The notes below the pieces were generated by a model, which was not told where the DNA came from, searched no databases, and saw nothing but the letters and a program-made list of their open reading frames with translations. A program made the position numbers and the translations under genes. Source: the human T2T-CHM13v2.0 reference genome, Homo sapiens. Taken from it: a stretch of DNA of 64,000 nucleotides. Positions 12,296-27,213 of this stretch are shown here, piece by piece (within the stretch, counting starts at the first letter, position 1; each line of letters starts with the position of its first letter). Location of the stretch: the NCBI RefSeq assembly GCF_009914755.1, contig NC_060931.1; one strand, given 5' to 3'.

Positions 12296-12974
12296 TCCTT
12301 AGAACATGCTTGTATTTTGTTTTCCTTTAAAATCTACTGAAGTAAAATAAATTTTGGACACCATATTGTAAATACACACACCACCTGTACCTGCTTTCCA
12401 CAGGTCCCAGAGGAAATAGTTTGATAGGATACCAATGTTGTTTAGAGAAAGGTCCAGCCAGGAATTGGGCTTCCAGGTATAAAGATAGCTAAAAATAATT
12501 ATATTCATAACAAAATCTCAGTAATGAGAAAATATTTTCACTTCGCTCAACAGTGTGATGAGAGAAAACCAGAGCGAGGCCCTTCATATATGCTCATTTC
12601 CATTTCTTAATTATCCAACAGGAAGTATTGAGTTCACGCACGACCCAGACCTTTTCCTAGTCATTCTCTCACCTTATCTTGCCTGACATTTTGCCCCTCA
12701 AAGTTTGAGTATATTGATCAGAGGGTGGGAAGAAAAAAGTAAAGGAGACAAGGAAACCAAATCAGTGTACTTTTTAACTAGCTAACAGGACTCTTATTTT
12801 AAATTTAAGAATGAAAGATGTATTACATTTTAATATTAAAGAAAAGTTGTTTAATTTTCTATATAGTATTTTAAAATAATTTAGTATAATTCAGAAGCTC
12901 AAGCATTCTGTACCTTTCTGTTGCAGAGATAACCAACCACTGGTCGCAAAAAAATGTATGATACACATTGCTAG

Positions 12975-13160
12975 CAATAATAATAACAACTACTATTGAT
13001 TGAAAGCTTATTATGTTCCAGACATTATGCTTATCACTTTTGATGTATTTATTTCATGTATTTCACAGAAGGCCTGGGAAGGGAGCTGTTATTATTCCTA
13101 TTTTGCAGAAGATAAAATAGTTTTAGAGAAATCTTAAAGCTTCTAAGTGACAGGGCTAAA
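12975..13160 (-). mobile_element. MIR
   Basis: gcttattatgttccagacattatgct...ttattattcctattttgcagaagataaaa. Confidence 0.7.
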
Positions 13161-14037
13161 ATTCAAACGCAAGTTCTTAAGGACCTCACTTATTGGCTTC
13201 CACAGTCTAACTTACAATGTCAGTACCTTGTCAATATAATTCCCTCTTACATTGACAATTCTCAAAGACATGGTGAAAGTGATTTCTAGATGAAAGATAT
13301 AAGAAAGTAGCTTCTAGATCTTTTAAATAGTTATTTAAGACATGGTATTATTTATAATTTATAAAATATTCTCTCTTTTATAAGTTAAATACAATCTCTA
13401 TCATTCTGATAATTTTCCCCAAGTTTCTATATATAAAAGATAGGGAGATTCTGAATAATGTGATTAATAATATCTGTTCTAAAAATAACACTATTTCTTT
13501 GAAACAAAACTAATTTTGCATATCAGCCTGAGATACCTGGATTGTGTTCTGTGATGAGAGAACCAGCCATAACAAGGAATCTATCACAGCGTCAGTTACA
13601 TTGTTTGCCATAATTATGTGGCTGTAAGGAAACAAAAAGTTTCTGGGCAATAGCAAGGCTGTGGTAACAAATCCTATTGTTTGAAATATTTACGTATTTA
13701 TGCTTTTAAAAATCAGAAACAGCCTCATTTGGGAAACAGTTCATTCGTAGTAAATATGTGAAATTTTAATGTCATAGACAAAAACGAATGCTGTACCATT
13801 AATAATCTGGGTGGGATTAAAATTCCCATCACCCTATTGCTACAGATCATACATGATTTGCCTTCCCAACTAAATGACACATTTAATTTATAATGCAATG
13901 AGAGATGTGCAAAATAATGCTTTTGGCTATGTACTAAGAAATTGTCTTAGTTGACAGTGTAATGATGCAACTTGTCATGAGCTGTATTAGAAAACGCTCC
14001 TACTATTGGGAACAAAGGAAGATTAACTTATTGCTAA

Positions 14038-14462
<425 letters not shown>

Positions 14463-14887
14463 TGGGATATACACCTGCACTGGACATCCAGAAGACCCAT
14501 TAATTACTTTTGAAAAATGGCTACAGATATTTTTAATAGAAGACTCGAGAACTTAAATCATGATTATTATGTGAGAAGCTAAATGAGTTTTAGTGAATAG
14601 ATTATGAGACTTTAGTTATGTCTAATTTCATGGTAATAATATTTTTTTCATTGTTTCTATGCTTTTAATATTTTCTACTTTTCTGTGTTCTATTGCACAC
14701 ATCTGCTAAAGCTATTTAGAAATATGCTCAGAACAATTTGTCGCAGTGCTGATTCAATAGATACAAACATGTAGAAAAATATAAGTTACAGCCCATGTTG
14801 AAGTGCCAGTGAATGTACATAAAAATGCCAAAAGTATAATTCAAGACATAGCAGCAGAGCTTGACACTGAAAGAGAAACAACTCTAC

Positions 14888-14914
14888 CTTGCATTCTGGA
14901 CAACCATGACTTGA
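14888..14914 (-). CDS. PCLO: PCLO 27-nt alternatively spliced microexon in C2A: (G)QVMVVQNA(S)
   Basis: Pyrimidine tract + atgcag|T acceptor, AAG|gtagag donor, phase 2-2; matches the known 9-residue Piccolo C2A insert. Confidence 0.94.
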
Positions 14915-17438
14915 CTGCATTGATTCCAAGAGCGAGAGTGAAGGGGTAAAACAGGAAAGTAGAAAAGACAGGAAGAAAATAGTTAGGAACAGAAATAAGA
15001 AAGAAAACATGAAAATAATAACTAGAGGAGCTATCCCATAACATAAATGACATGAGGCAGAAAATGCTAGAACTACAGTGAAAATAATACCTTGCAAGTG
15101 TAATACATTCCAAGGCCTTTGCTTGTCTAATAATTAGGAGTGTGATTAAAAGAAAGACCCAGGAATTGAATAGGGGTAGCTTATTAGCTGCCTTTGAGCC
15201 AAACCTCACCAAGTAGGGACGTTTTATTTGACAAATTGCATGAGGATAGCTTTAGGTGGGGCATTTGTTCTCCATTTCACCATGGTTCCCACCATTCCTT
15301 GTTGCTTACCCCAGAATGGACTGACAGATTCATGTTACCTGCCTGTCCTTCCTGGTTCTTTAAGTTTGTAACATTCTAATTGACACATATCCTGTAATAA
15401 ATAAAAGATAGATACTCCCATATTGTGTAAAAGATGATATTCCAGGATATCATTAGAGAATATAGAATATAAACAACAATGCTTTATTTTCATTCTTTCA
15501 TTTGCAAATGCTTATTACAGACAAATCCTTGGCAGTGATTTCCCCTTGTATCATAATATTGTCATAAATAACATTGAAGGTCTAATAAATCAAAGGCGGA
15601 ATGAAGTTATCAGTTTGTTGTTGTTGTTAGACTCTAAAAGATATTGCCAAATTATAGTTACAACTACTATATATAGATATAAATGAATTAACATAAAACA
15701 AAAACTACCTTTTCCTATACTATGTGACTATTGGTAATCTCTACATAAAATTATTGGTTTTTCAAAATGTTCAATAAAGTAAAACTAGAGCAACCATACC
15801 AACAATTCCAAGTTTTTAAAATAAAATTATTGAGAAGGATGAAATTAAAAGCTGTGAACTAACTTTGATATAGCACCTGGCAATTTAAAAATTATTTTCT
15901 GAGTATTATCTAATTTGGTTCTCCTGACAAGCTAAAAATGATGATTCTGCCTACCTCGGCTCTCAGGGTTGACAAGAATACTGAATCTCAAAGAAATTGG
16001 TGATCTGCCTGTGGTGATATAAATACTAAGCAGCAGATTCAAGGGCAGTGTATAGCTCTAATTTGGATCCTGTTTAAACAAACCAACTACAGTAAAAGAA
16101 TACACTTCATATAATTAAAATGCTTTTAAATTTGCCACAGATTATTTTATGTCCTAGAAAACAGTCTATTTTGGTGAATGCTCCATGTGTACTTGAAGGG
16201 AATATGTAATTTGCTATTGATGGGTAGTATATTCTGTAAATACCAATTAGATCATCAAACCAGCTAGGAAAATATTAAGAGGCAACCAAACAATTATTTG
16301 AAAAATTTAAAATTATGCTTATACGAGGTATTAAGGCTATTTTTAAATGAGTTTTATTTTTCAGAAATATATACTAAAATATTTGCAGAAATAATTATAA
16401 TAGCTGGGATTTACTTCCAAGTAATCTGGATTAAGGGAGTGTATGAGGAAAAGAAACATGATTGGTCACTAAGTGATAACTGTTGAGGCTGAGTGATGGG
16501 TACATGGTGTGTCAAATTATTCCTTCTACTTGTGTACCACAATGGAAAATTTCCAAGTTAAAAGGAAAATTCAAATATCACTCCACAAATTAAAATGAAA
16601 ATGAATAAAAAATAAAACCAGTTTCTTTAAATTACCAACTCAAAGTTCTTTTTATTTTACCTCCATTTGTTGATCTTATGTTTCCATCTTGCTAATTTGG
16701 CTGATATGAATTGCTCAAGTGAAGGATAATAATTTGTAGGGTTCAAATCAGTGCTTTGAAACTATCCTTGAGTACTGACTTATATACCAGAACACAGCAA
16801 TTTGCATTATGTGAAAGTTAAATATCTCCAAAGAACACTTGCTTATATCAACAATTTATACATCACACAAGAGATTCAAAGAGATATTTTTTATTTATTT
16901 ACCAAAGTCAATACTTCAAATATCACTTTGTGCTATTTTATAATTTTTAAATCAGTGATTTGGAAATATGTGTATAAATAAGGATACATCAAGAAGCCAC
17001 TTAATCAACACTAACATAATGGAAAATACACATGTCCTATAAAAATAAACAGTAACTTGTAAGTCCTTGAATATTGATTTCTCAGATAAATTTGGGAAGG
17101 TAAGCCAATTCTTTAACTTTGACACAAATAATTCCTTAAATGATTTCATAGTGAATCTGATAGTTATCACAGGAGTGGTTTCCAGAATTGAAAGGCTGAT
17201 TTGCTCTCTTGGAGGCTGGTTTCATTATGATCACTGTTCTTCTACAACCCTGTAAGGCTTAATTACAAGTTTTTAATTCCACCTTATCTACTAATTGGAA
17301 ATAAATAAATATGACATGTGGAGGAAAGTAAGGAAAAGATAATAAAGTCAATTAAAATGAGGTGTGGAAATTAAAGAGTAGAAAATACTATACTATTGTT
17401 TTAAAGCATGAGATGAAGTACTTCTTAATTTTACTTAC

Positions 17439-17563
17439 CCTCTCCCTGGAAGAAGGTACACTTTCACAAAAGGGTCAGAATAACCATTGTTGTCTCGAGG
17501 AACAAGATTTCTTGCTTGGAGAATATGTATTATGAGATTTCCAAGATCATAGTTAATTTGAAG
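17439..17563 (-). CDS. PCLO: PCLO exon, C2A: [41 protein letters not shown](G)
   Basis: taaag|CTT acceptor, AGG|gtaagt donor, 125 nt; C2 signature D-x-x-G-x-SDPFVK. Confidence 0.97.
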
Positions 17564-20500
17564 CTTTAGGAGAGAGAAAAATATTCCATAAGTTTTTAAA
17601 AGCATGTTATACATTATCATTCAATATTTACTAGTTTTTTTTAAAGAAAATTCTTATAAGAAGCATCAACTTTCATTTTCATTTTATTTGAAACCAAACA
17701 GACCAGTTAATGTCTAATTTAATTGAGAGCTCCCAGGCATATTTTAATTCCTAGCAAACATGCTGTTCATTCTTTCCACAGTGAAAAGGCCTGGCCTGTT
17801 TAAAAGTTTATTTAGAAGGAAAATCATAAGGTAGAATGCTGGTTATCTTTTTTAATTAAATTGCTACTCTTAGGAAAATAGTAAATGTTGTTAATGTTTA
17901 TTAACAACAATTCCTAGAATTTTGAAAAGAAATTAACTAATTGGTAAATTATTATAAAGTATTATTTGCATTTTGCCAAATAATTAGCAGTGGGGTGGAA
18001 CTGTCATTTAAAGATAAAGCTGTCAGCACTGAAATGTAAGAATATTTAAGAATACACAGATTATTACTTTTTAATGTTATATTATCTGATATTAAACCTA
18101 TAGATACCTTTCGGTACCAGCTTTCCTAATAGAGTGAGATACTACAATACTCTTTTTTTCTTTTAATTTTAGAAGCTGAAAAAAGAAGAGACATTGCTTT
18201 ATAGATGCTTATTGGCTGCTGCACAATTGTGGCTGAATACTAAAAGACATAATTCAAACAAATATTTGAGAAAACTGCATAATTCAAAATAATTGAGTTA
18301 AGCATTTTTTTCTTCTACAATTGAAAGACTCTTTTGGCATCATTTAGAATAAAGCTTAATTCTGTTTGATGTTACTTTTGTTTGTTAAATAATAGAGTGG
18401 AAGGGATCCATATTTCAAAGGGCAAATCCATATAGAAAGATACTAACTTTTAAAATAATCCATATAAAACAGATATGCTGCATTTATATTTAAAATAGGA
18501 TAACTCAGATGAGTCATACTTTCCTGTAAAACTTCATAATGAAATAAATCCTCATTTTAGTATAATTTTGATCTTATTATGTTTCCTGTCAGAAAATACA
18601 TATTCAATTGCTTATCTCCATCCAGAAAAGACTAGAGTCCCTGACCATAATAAAAGCACAGTGAAAAAGAAAGCAAAGTACCATTAAAGAAGAGGAGAAA
18701 GGGGAAGTTTAGAACTCTATGCCATCATGCAGCAACTGTATGCTATAATCTGGTACTGAAATACAGAATATAAAATAACCTGTAATTAATACCACTGAAA
18801 TTTCAAACAACTTCCTGATCTTTATTTAAGGAGAAACACTTCCCCATTCTCTCCTTTCTCTGCCAGCCTTAGAATCCACTTTTAAGTGATGAAGCACCCA
18901 AACCGTTTCTTATTGAAATGAAAACTTGCAGGCCACCCGAAGAGAGTGCTTTTCAAAATTTGCTCTGTATGGCCTTAGGGAACATCTAGAGTTACTCAGG
19001 GTCAGCTTTGAGAGAGAATGGGATGCCCCAGCAATCTTCAATCACAGCGACTCCAGTGCTGATAGATTCATGGTTTGGTTGTCTACATAAGATTTCATTT
19101 GAAATGAGCCTTTGCTAAAATAAAATAATAATAATAATAATTGAAATCACTGCCTTACGAAAATATCCCCCAAATTAAGAAGGAATAATAGTAGGGTAAA
19201 TTTCAACTACAGAATTACATCTTACTCCTTAAGGGAAAGCAAAATAAAATTAGAAAAAACAACAACAATAAAAACAAAAAACACAGTCCAAAAGAAACAC
19301 TAGTCCAAGGACAGAAGTTTAAAAATAGTAGGAAAGAGAAAGAAGGCTATTAAGAATCAGAAATTCTAGCATTTTCTTTGCTGTTTGTGAAATGAAGAAA
19401 GATCAAGTCAGTGAAAAACAGGCTTTCTGGAAGTTGGAAATAGCAGAGAAACAGCCGGATCTGGAGTACAGAGGTCATCAGGGTAGTACTGTTAGTTTGT
19501 TCTTAGTAACGTGTCAACCTTCTGCACATTTTCTCCATTTCCACGCTCACACTCCACTTCTGCTTTGTAGTAGGTTCCTGGATAATCACTTAATTGATTT
19601 CTTTGCCTCAATGTCCTCCCTTTATAATATTTCTTGTAGGTCACTGCCATATGAATTTTTATTACACATTCTTTTCAAATAGTCTCTCTCTTACTCCAAA
19701 ATAGAGATCATGGTATATTATGTAGTGGCTAACATTCCTAGGATTGTGTTCAAGTTTCTTTTTAATTTAGTCTTAACCTACTTCTCGAAGCTGATTCTTC
19801 AACCATTACTCTCGGACAACAATACCTTTAATTGTACTCTTTCTTCTCCAGGAACATAATCTCCCTTTCTTTATGCTTATCTTCAAATTAATTCGAGTTT
19901 CTGTTATCCTTTGTGAAGTCTTTTGTGAAAATTTCCTCTAGAATGTATTAGAGATGCAGCTAAGACTCTCTTTCATCTGAAACATACTGTTTTCAATTAG
20001 TTACTATTTTATAGTGTTAATTCTTTCTATATGCTATTTCTTATTTAGTCTAAATTACTTCTTGGTATCACCTAAGGTGCAGGTTTTAAAGTTTTATTTT
20101 TACTATGACCCACAATCAGAAATATATAAATATCAAAACACAGAGAGAATTTAAAAAGATGATTATCTTTTTATTTTTATATATTTTTCTTTATCTATTT
20201 TTATTTTATTTTCCTGATGAAAATTAATTTTATAAGTTACAAAGCAGTTATGACTTATGCTATGAAAAATACTTCTCTACAAAAACTATTCAGCAATTTT
20301 TAAAGCAATTTTTGATTAAAAGAAGAAAAAATCCCAGTAGACTCATGAAACTCTTAAAGAGGAAACTTCAAATTTCCAGGAGAATCTGTCATGTTTAAAA
20401 TACATTCGACAAATATAAAGTAACTGAGGCACAAAACATGTTGACACTGCTAAGATATCAGGCAGATTTCAAAGTATAGAAATACATAGCTATGATTGGA

Positions 20501-20679
20501 CTTCATAAAACATATATTTGTATTAATATACTATTCTATAAAATTGCATTTTTCCTTTACAGTTCTGTATATATTACAGAATAAGAAAAATCCTAACAGT
20601 GTGTTTACAATTTCAACAAACCAGTGGCAAAACAACCAAAAAAGGTTATATAATGGCGACTTTTTAAAAAACTTCATAC

Positions 20680-20730
20680 CTGAATTTCTCCTGTAATTGG
20701 ATGAGAGACAACCTTTGTTCCATCGGTAGG
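20680..20730 (-). CDS. PCLO: PCLO exon: PTDGTKVVSHPITGEIQ (start of C2A)
   Basis: tacag|CCT acceptor, CAG|gtatga donor, 51 nt, phase 0-0. Confidence 0.95.
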
Positions 20731-21221
20731 CTGTAATATTAAAGAACATATATTACATTAATAGATACATTTTTCACATAATTTATCATTTCGGCTTCCT
20801 TCTGAAATTAGTTTCTATTTGGTCAGAGCAACTGCTTGGAAAATATATTTTATCCATTTGGCTGCTTCAGAATAATGGTGTCTACTTACGGTTCTCAATA
20901 CACATTTAATTTTACAGATGCATAAATCTATTTTTCATTTTGGTAAGCCGGCTTTGAAGCTGTAATTTTATACCAGCAGTATTTTCAATTACTTAAGAAA
21001 ATGAACACTTTAGGTTTAAAGCACTTAATTAAAGTATCTACAGGTTTTAAAGATCTATACAGTAATGTTTAAAATACATTCAACAAATAAAAGATTGGTT
21101 TAATACAAGAACTGCCGAGGAGCACAGAAGGTAGAAAAGTCCTTCTTTCACTTCTTTGCTGAATGCTCAGCACCTCCCTGCTCCCTTCCAGAGTGAATCA
21201 CCCACTCAATCACTTTCCCTA

Positions 21222-23270
21222 TAAAAATTCCAAAGAAATTTTTATAGAACTAGTAAAACATTCCTAAAATTCATTTACAGCCACAAAAGACCCTAATAGC
21301 CAAAGCAATTTTAAGCTAAAAGAACAAAGCCAGAGGAATTATGCTACTTGATTTCAAAATCTACTACAAAGCTATAGTAATCAAAGCAGCATGGTATGGC
21401 TTAAAAGCAGACAGACATATGGAATGGAACACAATAGACAACCCCCAAATAAATACATTCATTTACAGTCAATTGACTTTCAGCAAAGATGTTAAGAACA
21501 CATAATGGGCAAAGGATAGTCTCTCTAATAAATGGTACCAGGAAAATTGGACATCCACATGCAGAGGAATAAACTTAGATCCTTATCTCACACCATATAC
21601 AAAAATCATCTCAAAATAGATTAAAGATTTAAATATAAGACCTGAAAATTTAAAATTATTAGAGAGAAACATAAGGGAAAAGCTCTATGACATTGGTCTG
21701 ACCAAAGATTTTTTTGGAGATGACTCCGAAAGCACAGGCAACAAAAGCAAAAATAAAAAATAGAAGTACAACAAACTAAAAGTCTTTTGCATAGCCAATC
21801 AGCTTCTGCTGATTGTTTCAATCAACAGAGTGAAGAGACAACCTATAGAATGTGAGAAAATATTTGCAAACCGTACATCTGACAGGGTGTTAATATCCAA
21901 AATATACAAGAAAGTCAAACAACTCAACAGCAGGAAAACAAATAACCTGAATTAAAAATGGGCAGAGATTTGGAATAGACATTTCTCAGAAGAAGACATA
22001 CAAAGGACTAAGAGGTATATAAAAAATCAACATCATTAATCATCAGAGAAATACAAATTAAAACCACAATGAGATATCAACTCACCCCAGTCAAAATGGC
22101 TGTTATCCAAAAGAAAAAAGATAGTGAGTGATGGTGAGAATGTGGAGAAAGGGAACCCTTGTACACTGTTGGTGGGAATGTAAATTGATATATCCATAAT
22201 GGAAAACAGTATGGAGGTTCCTCAAAAAAATTAAAAATAGAGCTACCATATGATCCAGCAATCTCACTGCTGAGCATATATCCAAAGGAAACGAGATCAG
22301 TATGTCAGAGATACCAACACTCTCAGGTTCATTGCAGCATTATTCACAATAGCCCAGATATAGTACCAACCTAAGTGTCTATCAATTGATGATTAGGTAA
22401 CGAAAATGTGTTACATATACACAACAGAATATTATTTAGCCTTAAAAAACAAGGAAGTCCTGTCATTTGTAACAAGATGGATAAACCTGAAGGACATTAT
22501 GTTAAGTGGAATAATTCATGCACAGAGAGATAAATGCCACATTATCTCACTCATATGTGGAATCTAACAAAGTTGAACTTATAGAAGCATAGAGAAGAAT
22601 GGTAGTTACCAGGGGCTAAGAGAAAAGGAAGGATTGGAATGATGGTCAAAGGGTACAAACTTCTCTTAGAAGGAAGTCAAAAGCTCTGTTATACAACATG
22701 GTGACTACAGTTAATAGTAAATGTATATATTCTTCAAAATTGTGAAGAGAGTAGATTTAAAAAAAATTTTTTTAAGCCAAATATTTCAGAGGAATGAAGA
22801 GTAGATTTCAAGTGTTCGGACCACAAAAAAATAAGTGAGGTAATCCATGTTAATTAGCTCAATGTAGCCATTCCACAACGTATTCATTTTTTTTTTTTTT
22901 TTGGAGACAGAGTCTCACTCTGTCCCCTCCGGCTAGAGTGCAGTGGTGTGATCTCTGCTCACTGCAACTCCGCCTCCCATATTCAAGTGATTCTCCCACC
23001 TCAGCCTCCTGAGCAGCTGGGACTACAGGCATGTGCCACCAGACCTGGCTAATTTTTGTATTTTTTGGTAGAGATGGGGTTTCACTGTGTTGGTTAGGGT
23101 GGTCTCGAACTCCTGGTCTCAAGTGCTCTGCCTCTCCTGGCCTCCCAAAATGCGGGGATTACAGGCATGAGCCACCATGCCAGGCCACAATGTATACATA
23201 TTTTAAAACATCATGCTGTACAGTATAAACATATACAAGTTTTGTTAATTAAAAATAATTTAAAATTTAA
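21222..23270 (+). mobile_element. 5'-truncated L1MA-type element (ORF2 3' part + 3'UTR), interrupted by an Alu
   Basis: caaagcaattttaagctaaaagaacaaagc, tactacaaagctatagtaatcaa, gtacactgttggtgggaatgtaaattg and 3'UTR motifs. Confidence 0.92.
22887..23186 (-). mobile_element. Alu (AluS/J-like) nested in the L1 3'UTR
   Basis: Full dimer; TSD ccacaaYgtatWcat at 22873-22887 and 23185-23199. Confidence 0.93.
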
Positions 23271-24491
23271 AAATCTAAGCAATATTGCATGAGATGGTTA
23301 ATTGCTTAATTTAAAAAGAAGTTGTCTTCAAATATGTTCAAATTGTATTTTTATAACATAGAAACATCTACAAAACAGAATTTAGTATTAATTATGTTGG
23401 TATTTTAGTTGGCTAGTTTATGAATTATTTTTAAATGATTATCAAAATAGAGCCTCTATAAAGTAATTATTCAAAATTAGCACATAATTGCTTGTGGTAA
23501 AATGTAGTTGTGTTAAAATTTATTTTAAAATTTAGCCTAACTGCCCTTGAAATTACTTTGCTTATGAAGCTTTTCTATATTTAGTTTCAAACAAATCATT
23601 TTACGATGCAATGATTAAGGTCAACCTACTTTTGTTGTTTGCTTCTGAATAAAAGGATTCTTTTTTTGGTGACATCTGCTGTATTTTTATAGTTAAAAAA
23701 CAAACTTTATTTTTTATGTCTGGTCACTTGACCTAAGCATATACAGCCTGTCCTTCCCATATATCTCACCACATAAAGACAAACCTTTATTCATTTTTAA
23801 ACAAAAGGACACTTTTTTCGCATGTATTTATCAACTACAGGGATAGTTTTTCTTAAGAATCAAATCTATGAGGGAAATCATAAATTTTGTATATTTCCTC
23901 TGCTTTTTATAAGGTTAAAAAATAATTTTATGCTTTTTTAAATTCCCCGGCACTTTGAAACAATAGCATTGGAAGCATTTGTTTCGAATGAAGATTTGCA
24001 TCAATAAAAAAATTCTTAATATGGAATTGAGGATAAAGTTCAAAGTAGTGATAACATGTTACTGGTTTTCCTTGTTTGTTATTGTCTTAAATTTTCTTTA
24101 TCACTGTGTCCTTTTTACTTTTTACTTAATTATAAAATCTAATGTAATATGTACCTTTTGTTCCAAAAAGATGCAAAGCTAATATTCTATATACGTATCT
24201 CAGATTCATGCAACAACAAAGAGAACCAGAAAATATAAAGTATCAGAGACATTTTTCAAGTTCCTCATAATAACTACTGAAATATTTAAAAGATGTAGAA
24301 ATACATCATCTTGATACATCTTGATCAGTTTTGTACTCAGAAGAGAAAAAATGTTTCTTGTTTTGATAGATCATCTGGAAATGAGAAATCATAAGAAAAA
24401 TACTTTAGAAAATGATATTTTATTTTCTGTCTCTATGCTGAATAAAGAGCTAGAAAACAAGTGGGTCAGAGGTCACATCAACAATCCTCAC

Positions 24492-24706
24492 CTTGCTGCT
24501 GCCGTGCTTCTTTTTGCTCACTGAGGGGGACCCTGGTTGCCCAGGGCTGGGAACGGAACTGGATCCTGCTGATGTAGGACCTGAATGAACATGAGATCCT
24601 TTTTCAACAACTGATGACAGAACCAGCGGTGACTGCTGTAGTGAAACCTTCTGGAGTTCTGCTGCCAACTGCTTAGGATCAACCCCTGGGGATTTCGCCT
24701 TATCCA
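24492..24706 (-). CDS. PCLO: PCLO exon, Ser/Pro-rich linker: [20 protein letters not shown]...[11 protein letters not shown]
   Basis: gtag|TG acceptor, AAG|gtgagg donor, 215 nt; lies within track ORF 24450..24743. Confidence 0.96.
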
Positions 24707-25787
24707 CTACAACAAAATGAAAGAGATTTACATACTTCTCCATTTCATAGGTACTTTATACCATGGAACTATGTGAGTTCTAGGTGACAAAGGTAAAACA
24801 TTACCTATAAAATAAGCTAAACTTTAAAAATGAAATTAACTCTATTGTACTTTTATGTATCAATTTCTAAGGAAGTCTACAAGGCTCTGAGAAGAGTGAC
24901 ATAATGCTGAATTACAGAGGAATAGTGAAGTTCCCGTTGCATCTTCAGAAAAATGTTTTTAATATTTTACATAAAGAATTGTTTGAATGATGCAATATCC
25001 TATTTTATCCATTGGAACTTAATTTGTATGATTAGCTGTTTTTCCTTCCTTAAATTTTACATAGTTCTTTCTCTAAGGGGAAAATTTTCTAAGGGGAAAA
25101 TTTTAATGGGTTTATTTATATTTACAAATGTATTAAAATTCGTATAGCACTTGGTCTATTCTGCTTAGTACAATAACCCAGACTACTAGAATTGTGGCTG
25201 TCAGAGTAGGAAGTGCTCAACAAAATTTATTAAACATAGGAAAAAGTGATGTTTTTAATCTTACAATGGATTTAACAAATTTGTAGATTATATTTGTTAT
25301 TCAAGAAAGAGTTAAATCTATCTCATCATGTACTTATGAAATTACATGTTGATTTTTGTTTACTATAAAAAGGCAATGAAAGAGTTCAGGAATAATTTTT
25401 TCAAAAACCCAGTTATTCTAAAAAGAATCAAGTACGCTCTAAAAATTATGTAAAACCAAAATGAAATGGCTCCAAGCATTACTTTCACAGGATGAATTCA
25501 TATTTAAAGAATTAAAACTGTGAACTCATGCAGCAAGGATTTTACGTGAACTTGTTTAAGGGGACTAACATGCAAATATGTATTTCCCCAGAATGCTAAC
25601 ACTGTAGCTACAATGCCCTAGATTTTGTTTATAATTATATAAATACATAAAAAAATCTATCCATAACTTTATATTTGTCTATATCTGTGTTTATGTCTAC
25701 ATCTTCATCTACAATTACATCTGCCTCTGCAATTACTTCTATTTCTATCTCTTTATTTACAGTTGAAACTAGATTTCTTTTACCTAC

Positions 25788-25855
25788 CAGCTTTTGGTGG
25801 CTCATGAAGTTCCAGATGCTGGGAATTTTCAGAATCTGATAGCATATTGAGGTCC
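25788..25855 (-). CDS. PCLO: PCLO exon: DLNMLSDSENSQHLELHEPPKA(V)
   Basis: tttag|G acceptor, CTG|gtaggt donor, 68 nt. Confidence 0.95.
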
Positions 25856-26359
25856 CTAAAAATTAAAACAAAACATTAAGAAAGATATTGAGGAAATCTG
25901 AGACAAAGAGCACTTTTTTCCAACTACCCTTAATTTTTTTCATAGGTAAATGAGAAGTGGTTAATGATATAAAGCAACTCCAAAGCATGCCTACCATCCT
26001 AACCCAATATATATTTGCAATGCAGTTAAAAGTCAGAGCTGATAAAAATGATTATTTAAGGTGAAATCTTTATGAATTAAATGTAAGTTCATTTTTAAAT
26101 ACATATCCATGAAATCTAAATGGGTTCAGGCTTTCATTTAAATGAAGCATGTTTCCATAAAAGCATGAAAGGGAAGAGGCTGTTGACACAATCAGAAACT
26201 AAGTTAGCTGAATTCTTTCTATGCTTTAGGCTTTGATTCACTTTATTTTATAATTCCAGAAAATCTTGCTAACTGGCAAAGGTTCCACCTTAACAATTTT
26301 AAATTAAAAGAGTCATGGATAGCCAAAAAATGGAAACAGAAAGATGGGGAAAAACTCAC

Positions 26360-26468
26360 AGTCTTACACATATTTCTGCTTCCCCACTTTGCTGACTAAT
26401 GATACTCTGAACTTCTTCATATGTTTTAGAAGTCAAGGGAATTCCATTCCATTCCAATACTTGCATCC
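26360..26468 (-). CDS. PCLO: PCLO exon, C-terminal half of PDZ: [35 protein letters not shown](L)
   Basis: ctag|GGATG acceptor, ACT|gtgagt donor, 109 nt, frame continuous. Confidence 0.96.
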
Positions 26469-27039
26469 CTAGAAAGACAAATTTGAATATAAAATCAAAC
26501 GTGTGCTATCTCTAGTCTGGGTACATATGGCATTGAAGACATTTATTTGCATTTAGAAGTCAACTCAGCACACCATTTTAGAGAACATCAGTTCCAAGTT
26601 CTCTGCAACATTAATACCAAAACCATTATGTAGTTTGATCTCATTAACTTACCTGAACACATAAAATATATTTAATACAACATGCAAAATTTTGCTTTTG
26701 AAAATCTGTGTAATATTATCAAACGCATGCATTCTGTTCACACTGCCATAAAAAACATTATTGAATATATATTGCTCAGACCAATTTTGTATAGGAAACA
26801 AACAAACAAACAATTAGAAACCCCAATATAATTTTCCTGCGGGGAACAAGCTACTAGAAGAATGTATTTGGTACTTTATCATGAAATGGGAGCAGTAGAA
26901 AAAAGTCATTTGGATTTCTCCATTTCAGAAACTGTTGTAGCTTCTATTTTGTCCAGATGAAACAGAATGCCACTTCGTGTCTTTTTCTTCACGGTATGCC
27001 AGACATCCCTGAATTGAGGAATAGCAGGAATGTTATAGG

Positions 27040-27213
27040 AAGGGCAGCTGCAGGGGTCTGTGACCTGTGCACTAGTACAAGGCCCTGTGCTCAGAAAGGC
27101 CTATGCTTGGTTTAATGCTCTGCTGTTGTCATCTTGACATTCTTAGTAACATTTGAACAAGGAACCCACATTTTAATTTTGCACTGGGTTTTGTAAATTA
27201 TGTAGCTGGCCTG
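27040..27213 (+). mobile_element. MER91A-like (hAT-Tip100)
   Basis: gtgacctgtgca...tgcttggtttaatgctctgctgttgtcatcttga...ttttgcactggg..aaattatgtagctggcc. Confidence 0.8.

Noticed and set aside
14786-15212. 103-aa and 123-aa hydrophobic minus-strand ORFs over the microexon
   Set aside because: Produced by the T-rich pyrimidine tract; non-ATG starts and not in the PCLO frame
24450-24491. Read-through tail [13 protein letters not shown] and upstream MEKYVN... extension
   Set aside because: Intronic sequence outside strong splice sites
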